From the IMG/VR virus record IMGVR_UViG_3300037189_025930: a stretch of DNA of 64,000 nucleotides; one strand, written 5' to 3'. Below, piece by piece: positions 27,609 to 37,667 of the stretch. A model generated the notes under the pieces. The model searched no databases, was not told where the DNA came from, and saw nothing but the letters and a program-made list of their open reading frames with translations. This DNA is from an uncultured virus (IMG/VR IMGVR_UViG_3300037189_025930). Taxonomy: Duplodnaviria; Heunggongvirae; Uroviricota; Caudoviricetes. A program made the translations under genes and the position numbers. The first letter of the stretch is position 1; each line of letters starts with the position of its first letter.

Positions 27609-27819
27609 GTTTTATGGTCTCCTTATAGTGATCTCTGATATTAAATATCAGCTATTTAAATTATATTAAATCAGAAACGAAAAAACATATTAAACATAAA
27701 ATTCAATGTTTTTATTTTCACCTTCTTTATTTTTTTTTAAGTTATTAGAACAATTAATGGTATTGATTGGCTTTATTTTATCTTTGTTTTTTTTAATCAT
27801 CAAATATATATTTTGAAAA

Positions 27820-28398
27820 TTAATCCCACCAATAACCATTATTCTCCGCTAGAGTTTTATATATTTTATCTATTAAAATCTTTTTTCTTTTTTCATTTAA
27901 ATCCATAAAATTTCTTAAATCTTCAAAATATTTTTCATTTCTATTTTTAGAAACTAACCATCTATAACCTTGTTTAACTCTTTTAGTAGAAAACGGATCT
28001 ATATCTTTACCGTAAATTTTTTCTACTTCATTACCATATATCTCGTTATCTTCATAATGATATAAATCAATTAATCTTATTAATTCATCTATTTCTTTAG
28101 CTATTGTAGCTGATTCGACAGTCATCCCATTTTCTTTAAAATTAATTGCCATATCTTTTAATTTATGTTTTAAAATAATTAAAATATAATAATCATCAAA
28201 CCAATAATCTTTCCAAATTATAGGAATCCAGTAAATGAGATATTTTATTCTTTTAAAAAACCATCTTGGATTAGAAATAAAAATCTTATCTATTTTATCA
28301 TGAATATCACTAAAAAAATATTTAAAATCTTGACGAAGAAAAAAACTTTTAACTTTAATTTTTCTTTTTAAATAGAAGAAGTTCATCTTATATACCAT
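27820..28398 (-). CDS. Conserved phage hypothetical protein
   Basis: WIPIIWKDYWFD..KHKL..WWD. Confidence 0.75.
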   Translation of the reverse strand: MVYKMNFFYLKRKIKVKSFFLRQDFKYFFSDIHDKIDKIFISNPRWFFKRIKYLIYWIPIIWKDYWFDDYYILIILKHKLKDMAINFKENGMTVESATIAKEIDELIRLIDLYHYEDNEIYGNEVEKIYGKDIDPFSTKRVKQGYRWLVSKNRNEKYFEDLRNFMDLNEKRKKILIDKIYKTLAENNGYWWD

Positions 28399-28439
28399 AT
28401 ATTAATTATATAGTTAGGTATATAAGATGAACTAATTTT

Positions 28440-29216
28440 TTATTTTTTTAATTCAAAAAGTTTATCTAAAAAGAAGATAACCTTTTGATTGTCTTTTTGA
28501 AGGGATTTTTTAGAGAAGTGGTATAGTTTGTTATCAAGGTTGATATGTTTAGCATACTTAAATTTATCATCTCCAAGAGAATTAAAAGTATCTTCAAAAC
28601 TTTTATTATTCATAAAAGAATTAAAAAATACATTAGAATCAGGAGGTAAATCTAAGTCCAATTCGACTAACATACAATCCTTAAAGTTTTCAGTTTCTTT
28701 AATCCAAACAATATCTTTTAATTGAAATGAATAATTTTTACTTTGTGATTTTCTTAGCATCTCAGTTAAAGATTTATTGAATCCAGATCCAGACATATAA
28801 CTTAAACTTAAAACCATTTTTTCTAATACTTCAACAGTCAGTTGTTTATGTGAAGTTGGATTATCATTAGAAAAATTAGATTCTAAATAAAAATTAAATA
28901 AGTTAAAGAACATTTGTTTTTTATAGATATAGTCTTTAATAACTCTGATCCTTGCTGATTGAAATGGAGTATCATTATAAACTGTTTCTCTATTTATTGT
29001 TCTTTTTCTAGCGACATGGACTTCTTTATAGATAGTATTTAATGAGTCTAATTTTAGAAAGAATAAAAAATCACTTAATTCTTTTTCATTGAAATCAAAT
29101 TTTTCAGAATTTAAAATCTTAAGATCATCTTGAAAAATATTTTGTGGAATTTCTTGGTCTAAAAAAGATTCAAAATTATATCCCCATATTTCTTTATTTA
29201 TTGTTAGTTGATTCAT
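28440..29216 (-). CDS. Hypothetical protein
   Basis: 258-aa ORF. Confidence 0.7.
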   Translation of the reverse strand: MNQLTINKEIWGYNFESFLDQEIPQNIFQDDLKILNSEKFDFNEKELSDFLFFLKLDSLNTIYKEVHVARKRTINRETVYNDTPFQSARIRVIKDYIYKKQMFFNLFNFYLESNFSNDNPTSHKQLTVEVLEKMVLSLSYMSGSGFNKSLTEMLRKSQSKNYSFQLKDIVWIKETENFKDCMLVELDLDLPPDSNVFFNSFMNNKSFEDTFNSLGDDKFKYAKHINLDNKLYHFSKKSLQKDNQKVIFFLDKLFELKK

Positions 29217-29221
29217 AGTTT

Positions 29222-29252
29222 AAAAAAAAATAGGGAGTTTTGTACTCCCTAT
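29222..29252 (-). terminator. Intrinsic terminator
   Basis: TAGGGAGT-TTTGT-ACTCCCTA with T-run on minus strand. Confidence 0.8.
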
Positions 29253-29267
29253 AATTAGGCTCCTATT

Positions 29268-29444
29268 TTATTTTTTAAATGGTCGGAGAAGTCTGATAAC
29301 TTCAGAGGAATTAGCAACAATCTCATCAATACCTTTATCTAGGTACTCTTGAAGAGATTTTTTAGATAAAGCTAAATTAGCCTCTTTTTTCGTTTCATAA
29401 TCCATACCATCTACCTTATACACTTTTTTACTTTCGAGTTTCAT
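29268..29444 (-). CDS. 58-aa protein, family D (not in ORF track)
   Basis: MKLESKKVYKVDGMDYETKKEA; AGGAGG RBS. Confidence 0.8.
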   Translation of the reverse strand: MKLESKKVYKVDGMDYETKKEANLALSKKSLQEYLDKGIDEIVANSSEVIRLLRPFKK

Positions 29445-29475
29445 TCAGAAACCTCCTTTTTATTTTTTTGTTGAC

Positions 29476-29886
29476 CTAAGAAAGAAAATAATAAGTATCA
29501 TTAGAATCATTCATATAACTACCATTAGCATATGAATAGTTATCACAAGAAATTCTAACGCTAGACCAATCATCTATATCAAACTTTAAGAAATCTAAAT
29601 ATTTTTCTAATTGTGATAAAGTAACTATCTCAGATATATTATCCTTAGATTTGAAAACTAAATTTCTTCGTCCTCTATCTAATTCAAAATCATTTACTTC
29701 TAAAGGTAATTTTTTATCGCTAGAAAAAGTCATTACATATCCTAGTTTAATATCCTTCCAAGAATCATAATTTTCTTTACAGAAATTTATTATGCTCTGT
29801 ATATCAGAACAATTCATTGAACACAAACCTTCATTGCTTGATTCATCTAATAAATCATCTATCATGTGCTCATCCATTTTACTCAC
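29476..29886 (-). CDS. Hypothetical protein (paralog of 56135..56566)
   Basis: SIINFCKENYDSWKDIKLGY vs SINLISENFDDFKELKLNY. Confidence 0.7.
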   Translation of the reverse strand: MSKMDEHMIDDLLDESSNEGLCSMNCSDIQSIINFCKENYDSWKDIKLGYVMTFSSDKKLPLEVNDFELDRGRRNLVFKSKDNISEIVTLSQLEKYLDFLKFDIDDWSSVRISCDNYSYANGSYMNDSNDTYYFLS

Positions 29887-29894
29887 CTTTTATT

Positions 29895-30188
29895 TTAAAT
29901 TTTATTTTCAATTTGAATCTTCCTCAATATTTTCCTCCATTTTTTTTCTAATCGGCAATCCCTAAAGTAGATACTTTTTAAATTCTCTTGAATCATGATA
30001 TTCTTGATTTTTTCACCATTTTCTACTTTCGCAAAATGTTCCTTATCTGTTTTATTCTTTTTAAGAATAAAACAATAATCCCACTCAGAAAAAGATAATG
30101 GATCTTCAATTATATCACCTATTTCAGGAGTGCTAAATATTGATTTTGAGATTAGAAAAACAGTTAGAATTAATTTTTTATTAACCAT
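29895..30188 (-). CDS. Hypothetical protein
   Basis: 97-aa ORF downstream of promoter motif. Confidence 0.55.
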   Translation of the reverse strand: MVNKKLILTVFLISKSIFSTPEIGDIIEDPLSFSEWDYCFILKKNKTDKEHFAKVENGEKIKNIMIQENLKSIYFRDCRLEKKWRKILRKIQIENKI

Positions 30189-30243
30189 ATTGTACCATAC
30201 TTTTATTTCTTGCCATACTAATTTATACTATTTATTCTAGTAA

Positions 30244-30301
30244 GTGATTAAACCTAAAAATATATCCTATATTACTGGATATACTTTTTGGGTTTTTGCA
30301 T
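30244..30301. promoter_or_regulatory. Divergent pair of extended promoters
   Basis: GTGATTAAACCTAAAAA (-) and TTTTTGGGTTTTTGCAT (+). Confidence 0.6.
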
Positions 30302-30358
30302 TAATTCAAAATAGTATTATTCTATTTATATAACTAAAATAAAAGAGGTAAATTAAAT

Positions 30359-30544
30359 ATGGAAGGAATAGAAATATCCAAGACTTATAAAGTAGGGGAC
30401 AGAGAGTTTTCAACGTTAGAAGAAGCAACAAAGGCAGCTGCTATGGAGCTTCTTTATGAGGAAATACCAAAAGGCTTAGATAACGTAGTTGCGAAAGCAA
30501 ACGATATTATCAAAGCACTCAATGTAGTAAACAAAAGTTCTTAA
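30359..30544 (+). CDS. 61-aa protein, family D
   Basis: ISKTYKVGDREFSTLEEA; GAGGT RBS. Confidence 0.8.
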   Translation: MEGIEISKTYKVGDREFSTLEEATKAAAMELLYEEIPKGLDNVVAKANDIIKALNVVNKSS

Positions 30545-30550
30545 AAAATA

Positions 30551-30584
30551 AAAAAGGTGGGATATAAAATTCCCACTTTTTTTT
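30551..30584 (+). terminator. Intrinsic terminator
   Basis: GTGGGA..TCCCAC-T8, same stem as 21104. Confidence 0.85.
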
Positions 30585-30660
30585 ATGTCTAAAAATAAAA
30601 TCATAAAAAATAAATAAAAATGTTATAAAATTATAAAATATATATTAAGTAATCTTTAAC

Positions 30661-31212
30661 ATGAATTTAATAAAATACTTTGAAAACAAAATTTTATTGT
30701 TTGAATTTTTAGAAAAAGTTTTTTACGATAAAAAAGAAAATACATTTTATCCTATAAATAGTATTCGTATCAATGGTCAATATAAATCATTTATTAATAA
30801 AGGTCTTTTTCCTAATATTAAAGATATTGGATATATAGAACCAAAAGCTTTAAATAAACCAATTAAAATATTTTTTTATTCAAGAAAAATTAAAGAATCT
30901 ACTTTAGAAGATCTTCCAAAAGATGAAGAAAAATTATATCTTGAGGTTAATAATTCTTATTACCCAATTATAAATAATGTAATTTATCAAAAAAACAATA
31001 AAAAAGAGATTAATATTAGCGATGATAAAAAAAGTTTAACTTTTAATAATCAAAAATATTATCTTGATTCTAAAACAATTCGAGGAGCATATGTTATTGC
31101 TGGTAAAAAGGATGGACAATCTGGATCTGATGATTTTGCATCTGAAATGGCTCCAGAAGAAAAGGTTGAATCTACACCTGCTGAAGAGACTCCTCCAGAA
31201 GAAACTAAATAA
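30661..31212 (+). CDS. Hypothetical protein with acidic Pro-rich tail
   Basis: 183-aa ORF. Confidence 0.7.
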   Translation: MNLIKYFENKILLFEFLEKVFYDKKENTFYPINSIRINGQYKSFINKGLFPNIKDIGYIEPKALNKPIKIFFYSRKIKESTLEDLPKDEEKLYLEVNNSYYPIINNVIYQKNNKKEINISDDKKSLTFNNQKYYLDSKTIRGAYVIAGKKDGQSGSDDFASEMAPEEKVESTPAEETPPEETK

Positions 31213-31797
31213 TCAATCAACAATATTTTTTAATAATTCATCTTCATCTTTTATAACATAATCTACAATCTTTTTCTTTAGTGCAGCATCAGCCATAAAA
31301 TAATTATCTCTTCTAGATGTTAACATCTTTTCAAGTTCTTGAGGAGTTATTTTTGTTTTAGTAGTTATAAATTTATTAAGAATACTATCAACTTTTAATT
31401 GAAAATCAACTACATCTTTTATATCTAATGGATGATTATAAACACCAAAATCATATTGACTATCATGAACCATAAAAGTTGAAAGAGGAGTACAAAATCT
31501 TTTTTCTCCCATAATAGAGATATTAAAAGCCATAGAATAAGCTGCTCCTATTACTACTGTGTACACTGGAACCTTAGACCAAAGCATAGCATCAATAATA
31601 GCATTACCAGCACTAACACTTCCACCCATAGAATTAATTAATAAAATCAAATTTTTATTTCTTTCTTTAAGTATCGGTATAATAACATCTTTAGAAGATT
31701 CGTCAGTAATATCGCCAAATAAACTTATAAATTTAAAATCCATCGTTTCTGTTTTTATAGTTTTTTTATGTTTCATATAGATATTATATAACATCAA
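31213..31797 (-). CDS. clpP: ClpP-family protease
   Basis: LFGDI, INSMGGSV, GAAYSMA (Ser), FMVH (His), RDNYF (Asp). Confidence 0.92.
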   Translation of the reverse strand: MMLYNIYMKHKKTIKTETMDFKFISLFGDITDESSKDVIIPILKERNKNLILLINSMGGSVSAGNAIIDAMLWSKVPVYTVVIGAAYSMAFNISIMGEKRFCTPLSTFMVHDSQYDFGVYNHPLDIKDVVDFQLKVDSILNKFITTKTKITPQELEKMLTSRRDNYFMADAALKKKIVDYVIKDEDELLKNIVD

Positions 31798-31901
31798 CTG
31801 TTAAAAATTTTTTATCATAAAATAAAAAAAACATAAACATATAATAAACATCTTGTATAAAATTCTCTGAAGGTAGAGAAAATAATACTACTGATTAAGA
31901 A

Positions 31902-32435
31902 ATGAAACAAGAAGAAATAAACAACAAAAAAGAAATTTTAAATCAAGATATTAACAAAGATAAGATAGATATGATTAATAGTAATGATGTAGATCTTATA
32001 ATAGAAAACATAAAAGATATTTTTTATGAAGAAGTTTTTATTGATAATCAAGAACAAACCTCTCAAATAAATGAGGGTTTGCTTTTTAATAGAATTGAAG
32101 ATTACTTAAAAGGATTTTTTAGCGTTAAAAAAAACGTTCATATTCAAGAGGTCAAAGAAGAAATAGAACTAGAAGAGACTTATAAACATCCTTGTTTGCC
32201 ATATTCTAAATTATCACATTATCTTTATAATAGAGGTAGTAACTGGAGTCTTTTAACGATAGATGATTTTATTAGTTTACCTAACAGTATAAAGAAAAAT
32301 TTTGATGATGATTTTTATTGGAGTTCAACACCATATGATCATCAAAATTATTGGGCATTTTCTTTTAAAAATAATAAGAAAGTTATAGTGAATATTAATA
32401 TGTACTGTTATGTTCTTTTAAAGAAATCAGTTTAA
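31902..32435 (+). CDS. Protein with C-terminal DUF1566-like region
   Basis: WSLLTIDD..FYWSST..WAFSF. Confidence 0.6.
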   Translation: MKQEEINNKKEILNQDINKDKIDMINSNDVDLIIENIKDIFYEEVFIDNQEQTSQINEGLLFNRIEDYLKGFFSVKKNVHIQEVKEEIELEETYKHPCLPYSKLSHYLYNRGSNWSLLTIDDFISLPNSIKKNFDDDFYWSSTPYDHQNYWAFSFKNNKKVIVNINMYCYVLLKKSV

Positions 32436-33442
32436 ATTTTTTCAAAATCTGGCTGAATCATTTTCCAAATTATTTTATCTACATCTTTATTATCTAATAA
32501 TCCAAATACAACAGACATTACATCTTTGTGATTATTAAGTAAGTGAACTGCTATTGATTTACGATCAGGAAAATTTTTAACATCATTAGCAATAGAAATT
32601 GATTTTTGTTTAATAGAAGAAAATTGATTTTCTAATTCTTCTTTAACATCTTTAACTTTTTGAAAGAATTCATCTGGAACAACTTCTAGAAGATCATTAA
32701 AATTTGCTCCAGTGCTTAACATCTCCCATACTTTTTTATTGCTAAATTCAGTAACGATTCCATGTAATTGAACATAGTCTTCAAATTTAATTTTAATTCT
32801 TTTTCCATTTTCAAACTTAATTACAAAACCTTCGTGATTTTTGATGTTAAGATTTTTAAGTTCTTTAAAAGATAGTGAATTGTATTGGCTAGGTTTTAAA
32901 TATGGAAAACCATAATCTTTTAATTCTATTTCTTGTAAGGAATTGCGATCAAAAATGCCAAGCATTATAATATCTTCTTGATCACCGTAGTTTAATACAA
33001 TACGATTCTCAGGATAAATTATTTCAAATAGATAAGTCCAATCACGATTTAAAGAATCTAAAAGATGAGAATATTTTTGGATTAATATTTGTTTAGCTTT
33101 AACAGACTGTTCAGAAATGAAGGATCCTCTAGTTGCCATATGCCAACCTTCATAAAAGAAAAGAATACCTAGTGATCCATCTAATTTTTCATAAATCGTA
33201 TAAGGTTCGTTAGGAATACTTTTTTCTTCTTCTAAATTAAAAAACTTAGGAAAAGGTTTAGCGATAACATTATAATTATCGTCTAAGATTAATCCTCTAC
33301 ATTGAAGAGTTATTTCATTCCATTCCTTTTTGAATTGACAAAATTTAGAATAATTAAAGATCGTAATTGGAAGAGTAGGGTGATCAGTAGCATTGACTAA
33401 ATCTTCTTCAACCATTTTTTCAAGTAAATTTATATTAACCAT
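32432..33442 (-). CDS. rnlA: T4 Rnl1-like RNA ligase
   Basis: CRGLI, PFPKFFN, motif I EKLDGS, ATRGSF, FEII, EGFV, KIK. Confidence 0.92.
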   Translation of the reverse strand: MVNINLLEKMVEEDLVNATDHPTLPITIFNYSKFCQFKKEWNEITLQCRGLILDDNYNVIAKPFPKFFNLEEEKSIPNEPYTIYEKLDGSLGILFFYEGWHMATRGSFISEQSVKAKQILIQKYSHLLDSLNRDWTYLFEIIYPENRIVLNYGDQEDIIMLGIFDRNSLQEIELKDYGFPYLKPSQYNSLSFKELKNLNIKNHEGFVIKFENGKRIKIKFEDYVQLHGIVTEFSNKKVWEMLSTGANFNDLLEVVPDEFFQKVKDVKEELENQFSSIKQKSISIANDVKNFPDRKSIAVHLLNNHKDVMSVVFGLLDNKDVDKIIWKMIQPDFEKI

Positions 33443-33473
33443 AGTAAAATTATTATATTAGCAATAGAGTTAA

Positions 33474-33520
33474 GTGTTTAAACCTAATAGTTCTATTGTT
33501 TCTTTTTTAGGTTTAGACAT
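33474..33520. promoter_or_regulatory. Divergent pair of extended promoters
   Basis: GTGTTTAAACCTAA (-) and TTTTTAGGTTTAGACAT (+). Confidence 0.65.
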
Positions 33521-33567
33521 CATATTAGAAAAATAGTTATTATATTAATATATAGGAGAAGAATAGT

Positions 33568-33936
33568 ATGATATATACGAATTTTAGAGGTGGTATAAAT
33601 TCTGATAAAGTAAAAAAAGCAAGACTTTATCAGCAAAATATGGACAAAGGAAAAGAAAGATATCGTCAAGAATCTATTTCTAAATGGGCTGATGAAGATA
33701 AAAAGAATTGGAATCGCCTCCTTAGAGTTCGTGAAATCTACTTATCTATTATGAATAAACCAGTACCTAAAGAAGAAAGAACAAAAATGGGAATGTTTCT
33801 ACGCTCAATACAATTTGTTAGTAATCAGATTTATTCTTCTTGTAATGAATGGGGAAAAGCACTTAGTTTTAAACAAATAGAGTCTTTAGAAAAAGCAGAA
33901 AAAATAATTAATGAAAAAGCTGAATTATTAATATGA
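33568..33936 (+). CDS. Hypothetical protein
   Basis: AGGAG RBS; LSFKQ; ends KAELLI. Confidence 0.75.
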   Translation: MIYTNFRGGINSDKVKKARLYQQNMDKGKERYRQESISKWADEDKKNWNRLLRVREIYLSIMNKPVPKEERTKMGMFLRSIQFVSNQIYSSCNEWGKALSFKQIESLEKAEKIINEKAELLI

Positions 33937-34268
33937 ATTATTTTTTAATTTTAACCAGTCTATATCAATTTGATGATTATTATTCTAAAAAATCAAATAG
34001 AAATGAAATTGACAGTCTTTTATTAATTGATGGACAAAAAAAAGTTACTTTTTTTACAGATAAAGAAGATATTTCTAATGATAGAATTTTGTACACTAAA
34101 ATTAGTAAAGATTTATTGCTTTTTAAAATTTATTATAATAATTCATCTAAAATACCAATCAGTTTTGAAAATTTTGAAAAAATTAAAAAATTAAAAATGA
34201 TAGATATTCATAGAATGGATTCAATAACATTTAGCAAGAAATTTTCATTTGAAGAATGGATTATTTAA
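33933..34268 (+). CDS. Family A small protein
   Basis: MNYFLI..KIPIS; ends FEEWII. Confidence 0.8.
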   Translation: MNYFLILTSLYQFDDYYSKKSNRNEIDSLLLIDGQKKVTFFTDKEDISNDRILYTKISKDLLLFKIYYNNSSKIPISFENFEKIKKLKMIDIHRMDSITFSKKFSFEEWII

Positions 34269-34283
34269 AAAAAGGAGAAAACC

Positions 34284-34628
34284 ATGGCAACAAGAAGTAC
34301 AATAGGAATTCAAAACGATGATGAGACAATAGAATCAGTTTATTGTCACTGGGATGGTTATTTAGGAGGAGTTGGAAAAACTCTAAAAGAAAATTATAAT
34401 TCTGAAGATAAAATTAGACAGTTATTATCTTTCGGAAATATATCTTCTCTTGGAGAGGATATTAATTCTAGTCTTTTTTATGAACGTGATCGTCAAGAAA
34501 AAGATCAAAAATCAGAAATTTTAAAAACTCAAAAGCAGTTACTTGATTTTAGACAAGAATATAACTATGTTTGGATTAATGAAGAATGGTTATATTATCA
34601 AAATCATTTAAACTTTAAAAAATTATAA
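34284..34628 (+). CDS. Conserved phage protein (YCHWDGY family)
   Basis: MATRSTIG..SVYCHWDGYLGGVG. Confidence 0.8.
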   Translation: MATRSTIGIQNDDETIESVYCHWDGYLGGVGKTLKENYNSEDKIRQLLSFGNISSLGEDINSSLFYERDRQEKDQKSEILKTQKQLLDFRQEYNYVWINEEWLYYQNHLNFKKL

Positions 34629-34690
34629 TTTTTTAAAAAAATACTACATATTTATCTTTTTATCATAAAAATAAAGAAAAAGAGGTAAAT

Positions 34691-35629
34691 ATGTCGCTGT
34701 TTAAAAAATACATTTCAATCATTCAAGAAGGATATAGTGATTCTGAAAAAAGAAGTATTTTAAATTCTTATAAGAAGCCTGATGTTTTTTGTTATTTAAT
34801 AAATCAAGAAAAATATATAATTGAAGAAATAAGTTATGATTATGCTAAAAAACAAAAATTAGGAGATTTATTAAATAAATTAAAATCTAATAGTAACATA
34901 GATGATGATACTAAGAAAAATATTGCAAATTTTAATAAAACAGATATTGCTATCATGAATCTTTTTAAGATTAATAAAGAAAGTTTAAAAAAGTTTCAAG
35001 AAAAAATTATCGAAGATGTTAATCTTGGAAAGATAATTACAGGATTTTTTAATGGAGATCCTATCGAATTTATTTTTAATTATCGTTTAATTACTCCAGA
35101 AAAATATGTTAAACTTTATAAAGATGATATTTTAAAAAGATTAGAAAGTGAAAGCTCAATAAAAAAACAAAAAAATAAGAAAGAAGTAAAAAAAATAGAA
35201 GCATCAATCAACGATAAATTTTTATCAGTAATAAAAGATAAACTAAAATTTTCAGAAGATAAAATATCTTCTATTATGAGTCAAAATAAAATTTCTCCTA
35301 TACGTGCTAGAACTATGTCAATAGGTTATTTTTTAGACGAAGTAAATTCTAATCCTTTTAATGGATATAATGTAGATAAAAAAGAAGATATAATAATTAT
35401 ATCAAAAAAAGAGTATGATGATAAAGAATCTTTAGAATATAACGCAATACAAATTGCTGGCATTAGTAAAGATAAATTAAAAGAAATTGTTGATAATGCT
35501 TTCTCTTCATCTTATAATTCTGATGATGGAAGTGAAATGTATGATAAAGATGAAATAATGAAAATGGAATATGGAATGTTTAAAGATATATTTCAAGATA
35601 ACGCTCCATTTTATGGATTAGAAGATTAA
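34691..35629 (+). CDS. Hypothetical protein, possibly virion-internal
   Basis: MSLFKKYISIIQEG N-terminus; ATCATAAAAATAA upstream. Confidence 0.7.
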   Translation: MSLFKKYISIIQEGYSDSEKRSILNSYKKPDVFCYLINQEKYIIEEISYDYAKKQKLGDLLNKLKSNSNIDDDTKKNIANFNKTDIAIMNLFKINKESLKKFQEKIIEDVNLGKIITGFFNGDPIEFIFNYRLITPEKYVKLYKDDILKRLESESSIKKQKNKKEVKKIEASINDKFLSVIKDKLKFSEDKISSIMSQNKISPIRARTMSIGYFLDEVNSNPFNGYNVDKKEDIIIISKKEYDDKESLEYNAIQIAGISKDKLKEIVDNAFSSSYNSDDGSEMYDKDEIMKMEYGMFKDIFQDNAPFYGLED

Positions 35630-35988
35630 ATAAAGTTCTCAATTTTGGAATAAAAATCAAAAGTTATTAGAGTTTCTTTAATAACTTTATTTTTATTCCA
35701 ATTTTTAGGATTATCTCCTAAATGTGAAGTATCAAAACCAAGAATCCAATCTTTATCGTTTATTTCAATATCGTTAAAATAAATTAGACTAATATGATTT
35801 TTATTAAAACTAGAAAAATAGTTGGAGTAAGTCCATAGACCATGAGGAATAAAATATTCATCGTTATCATTTATATTATTATAATGTTTTTCATATAATG
35901 GATGTGATGGAGGTAATGAAATATATCCATTACCCCAACCAGTTTCAAGAGAAAGCAGTTTAGAAGTTTTACATACAAAGTAATTCAT
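35626..35988 (-). CDS. Conserved phage hypothetical protein
   Basis: GWGNGY..HPLY..HG..TYS..WILGFDTSH. Confidence 0.75.
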   Translation of the reverse strand: MNYFVCKTSKLLSLETGWGNGYISLPPSHPLYEKHYNNINDNDEYFIPHGLWTYSNYFSSFNKNHISLIYFNDIEINDKDWILGFDTSHLGDNPKNWNKNKVIKETLITFDFYSKIENFI

Positions 35989-36447
35989 TTAATAACTCGC
36001 ATGATATAAAACAATAAAACCCTTTTTAAGGAAAGTTCTACTTTTAGACACAAATTCTAAATCATTTTCTATAATTTGTTTAAAGTACTTTTCTTTTTCT
36101 TCTTTATCCATATCTAAACTTTGAGGGTTATCTGAGCCAAAAAAGAATCCAGTAGTATCCCAAGGTAGATTAAAATCATTTAAATCATTTTCAAGTTCGT
36201 CTAAATCACTTTCATTTAGTCTTAGACAAGGACCATTGAAATCTAAATCATCTTCACTTGGAGAAATTTCATTCTCTTTTAATTTATCTAAATATTTATT
36301 GTACATCCATCCATGAAGAGCAGGATGTTTTCTCCAATAAAAAACTTCTTCTTCCTTAGAATTTTTCTTTAATCTAATTACAGGATTTAATTCATCACTA
36401 ACTAGATTCTTTTTAGATGTAGCATACACATACATATCTAACCCCAT
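35989..36447 (-). CDS. Conserved phage protein (MGLDMY/YWRK family)
   Basis: MGLDMY, YWRKHPALHGW, GFFFG. Confidence 0.8.
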   Translation of the reverse strand: MGLDMYVYATSKKNLVSDELNPVIRLKKNSKEEEVFYWRKHPALHGWMYNKYLDKLKENEISPSEDDLDFNGPCLRLNESDLDELENDLNDFNLPWDTTGFFFGSDNPQSLDMDKEEKEKYFKQIIENDLEFVSKSRTFLKKGFIVLYHASY

Positions 36448-36459
36448 TGTTTTTCTCCT

Positions 36460-36690
36460 TTATGTTGGATCTTTTATTTCACTGGAATTATTAATCCAGG
36501 GTTCTCCATATTCTAGGTATTTTTTCAATTCAATCACTATTTCTCTTTTTGTTTCTTTAGATAATTTAGAATCACATATCTCTTGAAATTTAGATTTAAT
36601 TTCTGATTTTAATTTTTTAACTTTTTGATTTTCTTCTGATAGCCTTTCTAACATTACTCTTTTAAATTGATCTTCACTTGATGTTTGCAT
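36460..36690 (-). CDS. Hypothetical protein, tandem paralog
   Basis: EIKSK.Q.I..SKLSKETKR shared with 36674. Confidence 0.7.
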   Translation of the reverse strand: MQTSSEDQFKRVMLERLSEENQKVKKLKSEIKSKFQEICDSKLSKETKREIVIELKKYLEYGEPWINNSSEIKDPT

Positions 36691-36967
36691 TTGATTCTCC
36701 TTTTTTTATATTATATAAAAAAGAAGAAGCAATATCGTTTGAATGTTCTATCCATTGTGCTGAATTTTTAGTTATATAATCAGTAATTTCTTTAATCTTT
36801 CTTTTTTTTGTATCCTTACTTAATTTTGAAGTAGTTATCATTTGAATTTTATATTTAATTTCTGATATAGCGTGATTAACTTTTTGACTCTCATCAGCAA
36901 TTTGTTCCATTATTGCTTTTTTTATTTGATCTTTAAAGTCTTCATTGTATATATCATTTTTATCCAT
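36674..36967 (-). CDS. Hypothetical protein, tandem paralog
   Basis: EIKYKIQMITTSKLSKDTKK. Confidence 0.7.
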   Translation of the reverse strand: MDKNDIYNEDFKDQIKKAIMEQIADESQKVNHAISEIKYKIQMITTSKLSKDTKKRKIKEITDYITKNSAQWIEHSNDIASSFLYNIKKGESNANIK

Positions 36968-36969
36968 AA

Positions 36970-37158
36970 TTAATTTCTCTTTGGATATTTTACGTCATAA
37001 TTACTATCTACAATTTCTGTTGTTCTTTCATCAGCGTTTTTATATTTACTTTTAACCTTAGCTTTTGGCTCTGGATAAGGTTTAGCAAGCTCACAGTTGT
37101 CAAAATATAAATTTATACCTATCATGAATAAAAATAAGTATATTGAAATTTTCATCAT
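36970..37158 (-). CDS. Small secreted/membrane protein
   Basis: Hydrophobic N-terminus; GAGGT RBS; promoter at 37205. Confidence 0.55.
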   Translation of the reverse strand: MMKISIYLFLFMIGINLYFDNCELAKPYPEPKAKVKSKYKNADERTTEIVDSNYDVKYPKRN

Positions 37159-37240
37159 ATTGTTTTTACCTCTTATATATATAATATAATATTTTTGAAT
37201 AAAAGATTAAACCTAAAAATATAGCATGTATTTTTTAAAA

Positions 37241-37549
37241 TCAAATAGACCATTCTATCATTCCAAATTTTTGGATAACTTGCTCTATTCTCATTTCTGA
37301 TAATTCAGTGTAAGAAGAATTTAAAATTTTAGATAGAACGTTTTTATCGTTTATTAAAAAAAAATAATCAAAATAAATACTTCCTCTTTCAGTAGAATTT
37401 ATTTTTTTAATATTATAATTAAAAACTTCTGTAGCGCCTCCTATGTTTGAAACTCCGCAATACATTAGTTTAGTATCAAAATCTATAACATATAGACTTT
37501 TTATTGTGGAGTCTTTAAAGACATTTATTGCTAAATATTTATTATTCAT
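37241..37549 (-). CDS. Family A small protein
   Basis: YLAINV..MYCG..IG; ends MIEWSI. Confidence 0.8.
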   Translation of the reverse strand: MNNKYLAINVFKDSTIKSLYVIDFDTKLMYCGVSNIGGATEVFNYNIKKINSTERGSIYFDYFFLINDKNVLSKILNSSYTELSEMRIEQVIQKFGMIEWSI

Positions 37550-37667
37550 AATTTATTTTTTTACTTTTCTATATTATAATAAATTACTATTCTAGTGTTG
37601 AAACCTAAAAAAAAATCATATATTTACTAATAACACTTAAAAATAAATAACAAGAGGATCATTATCA

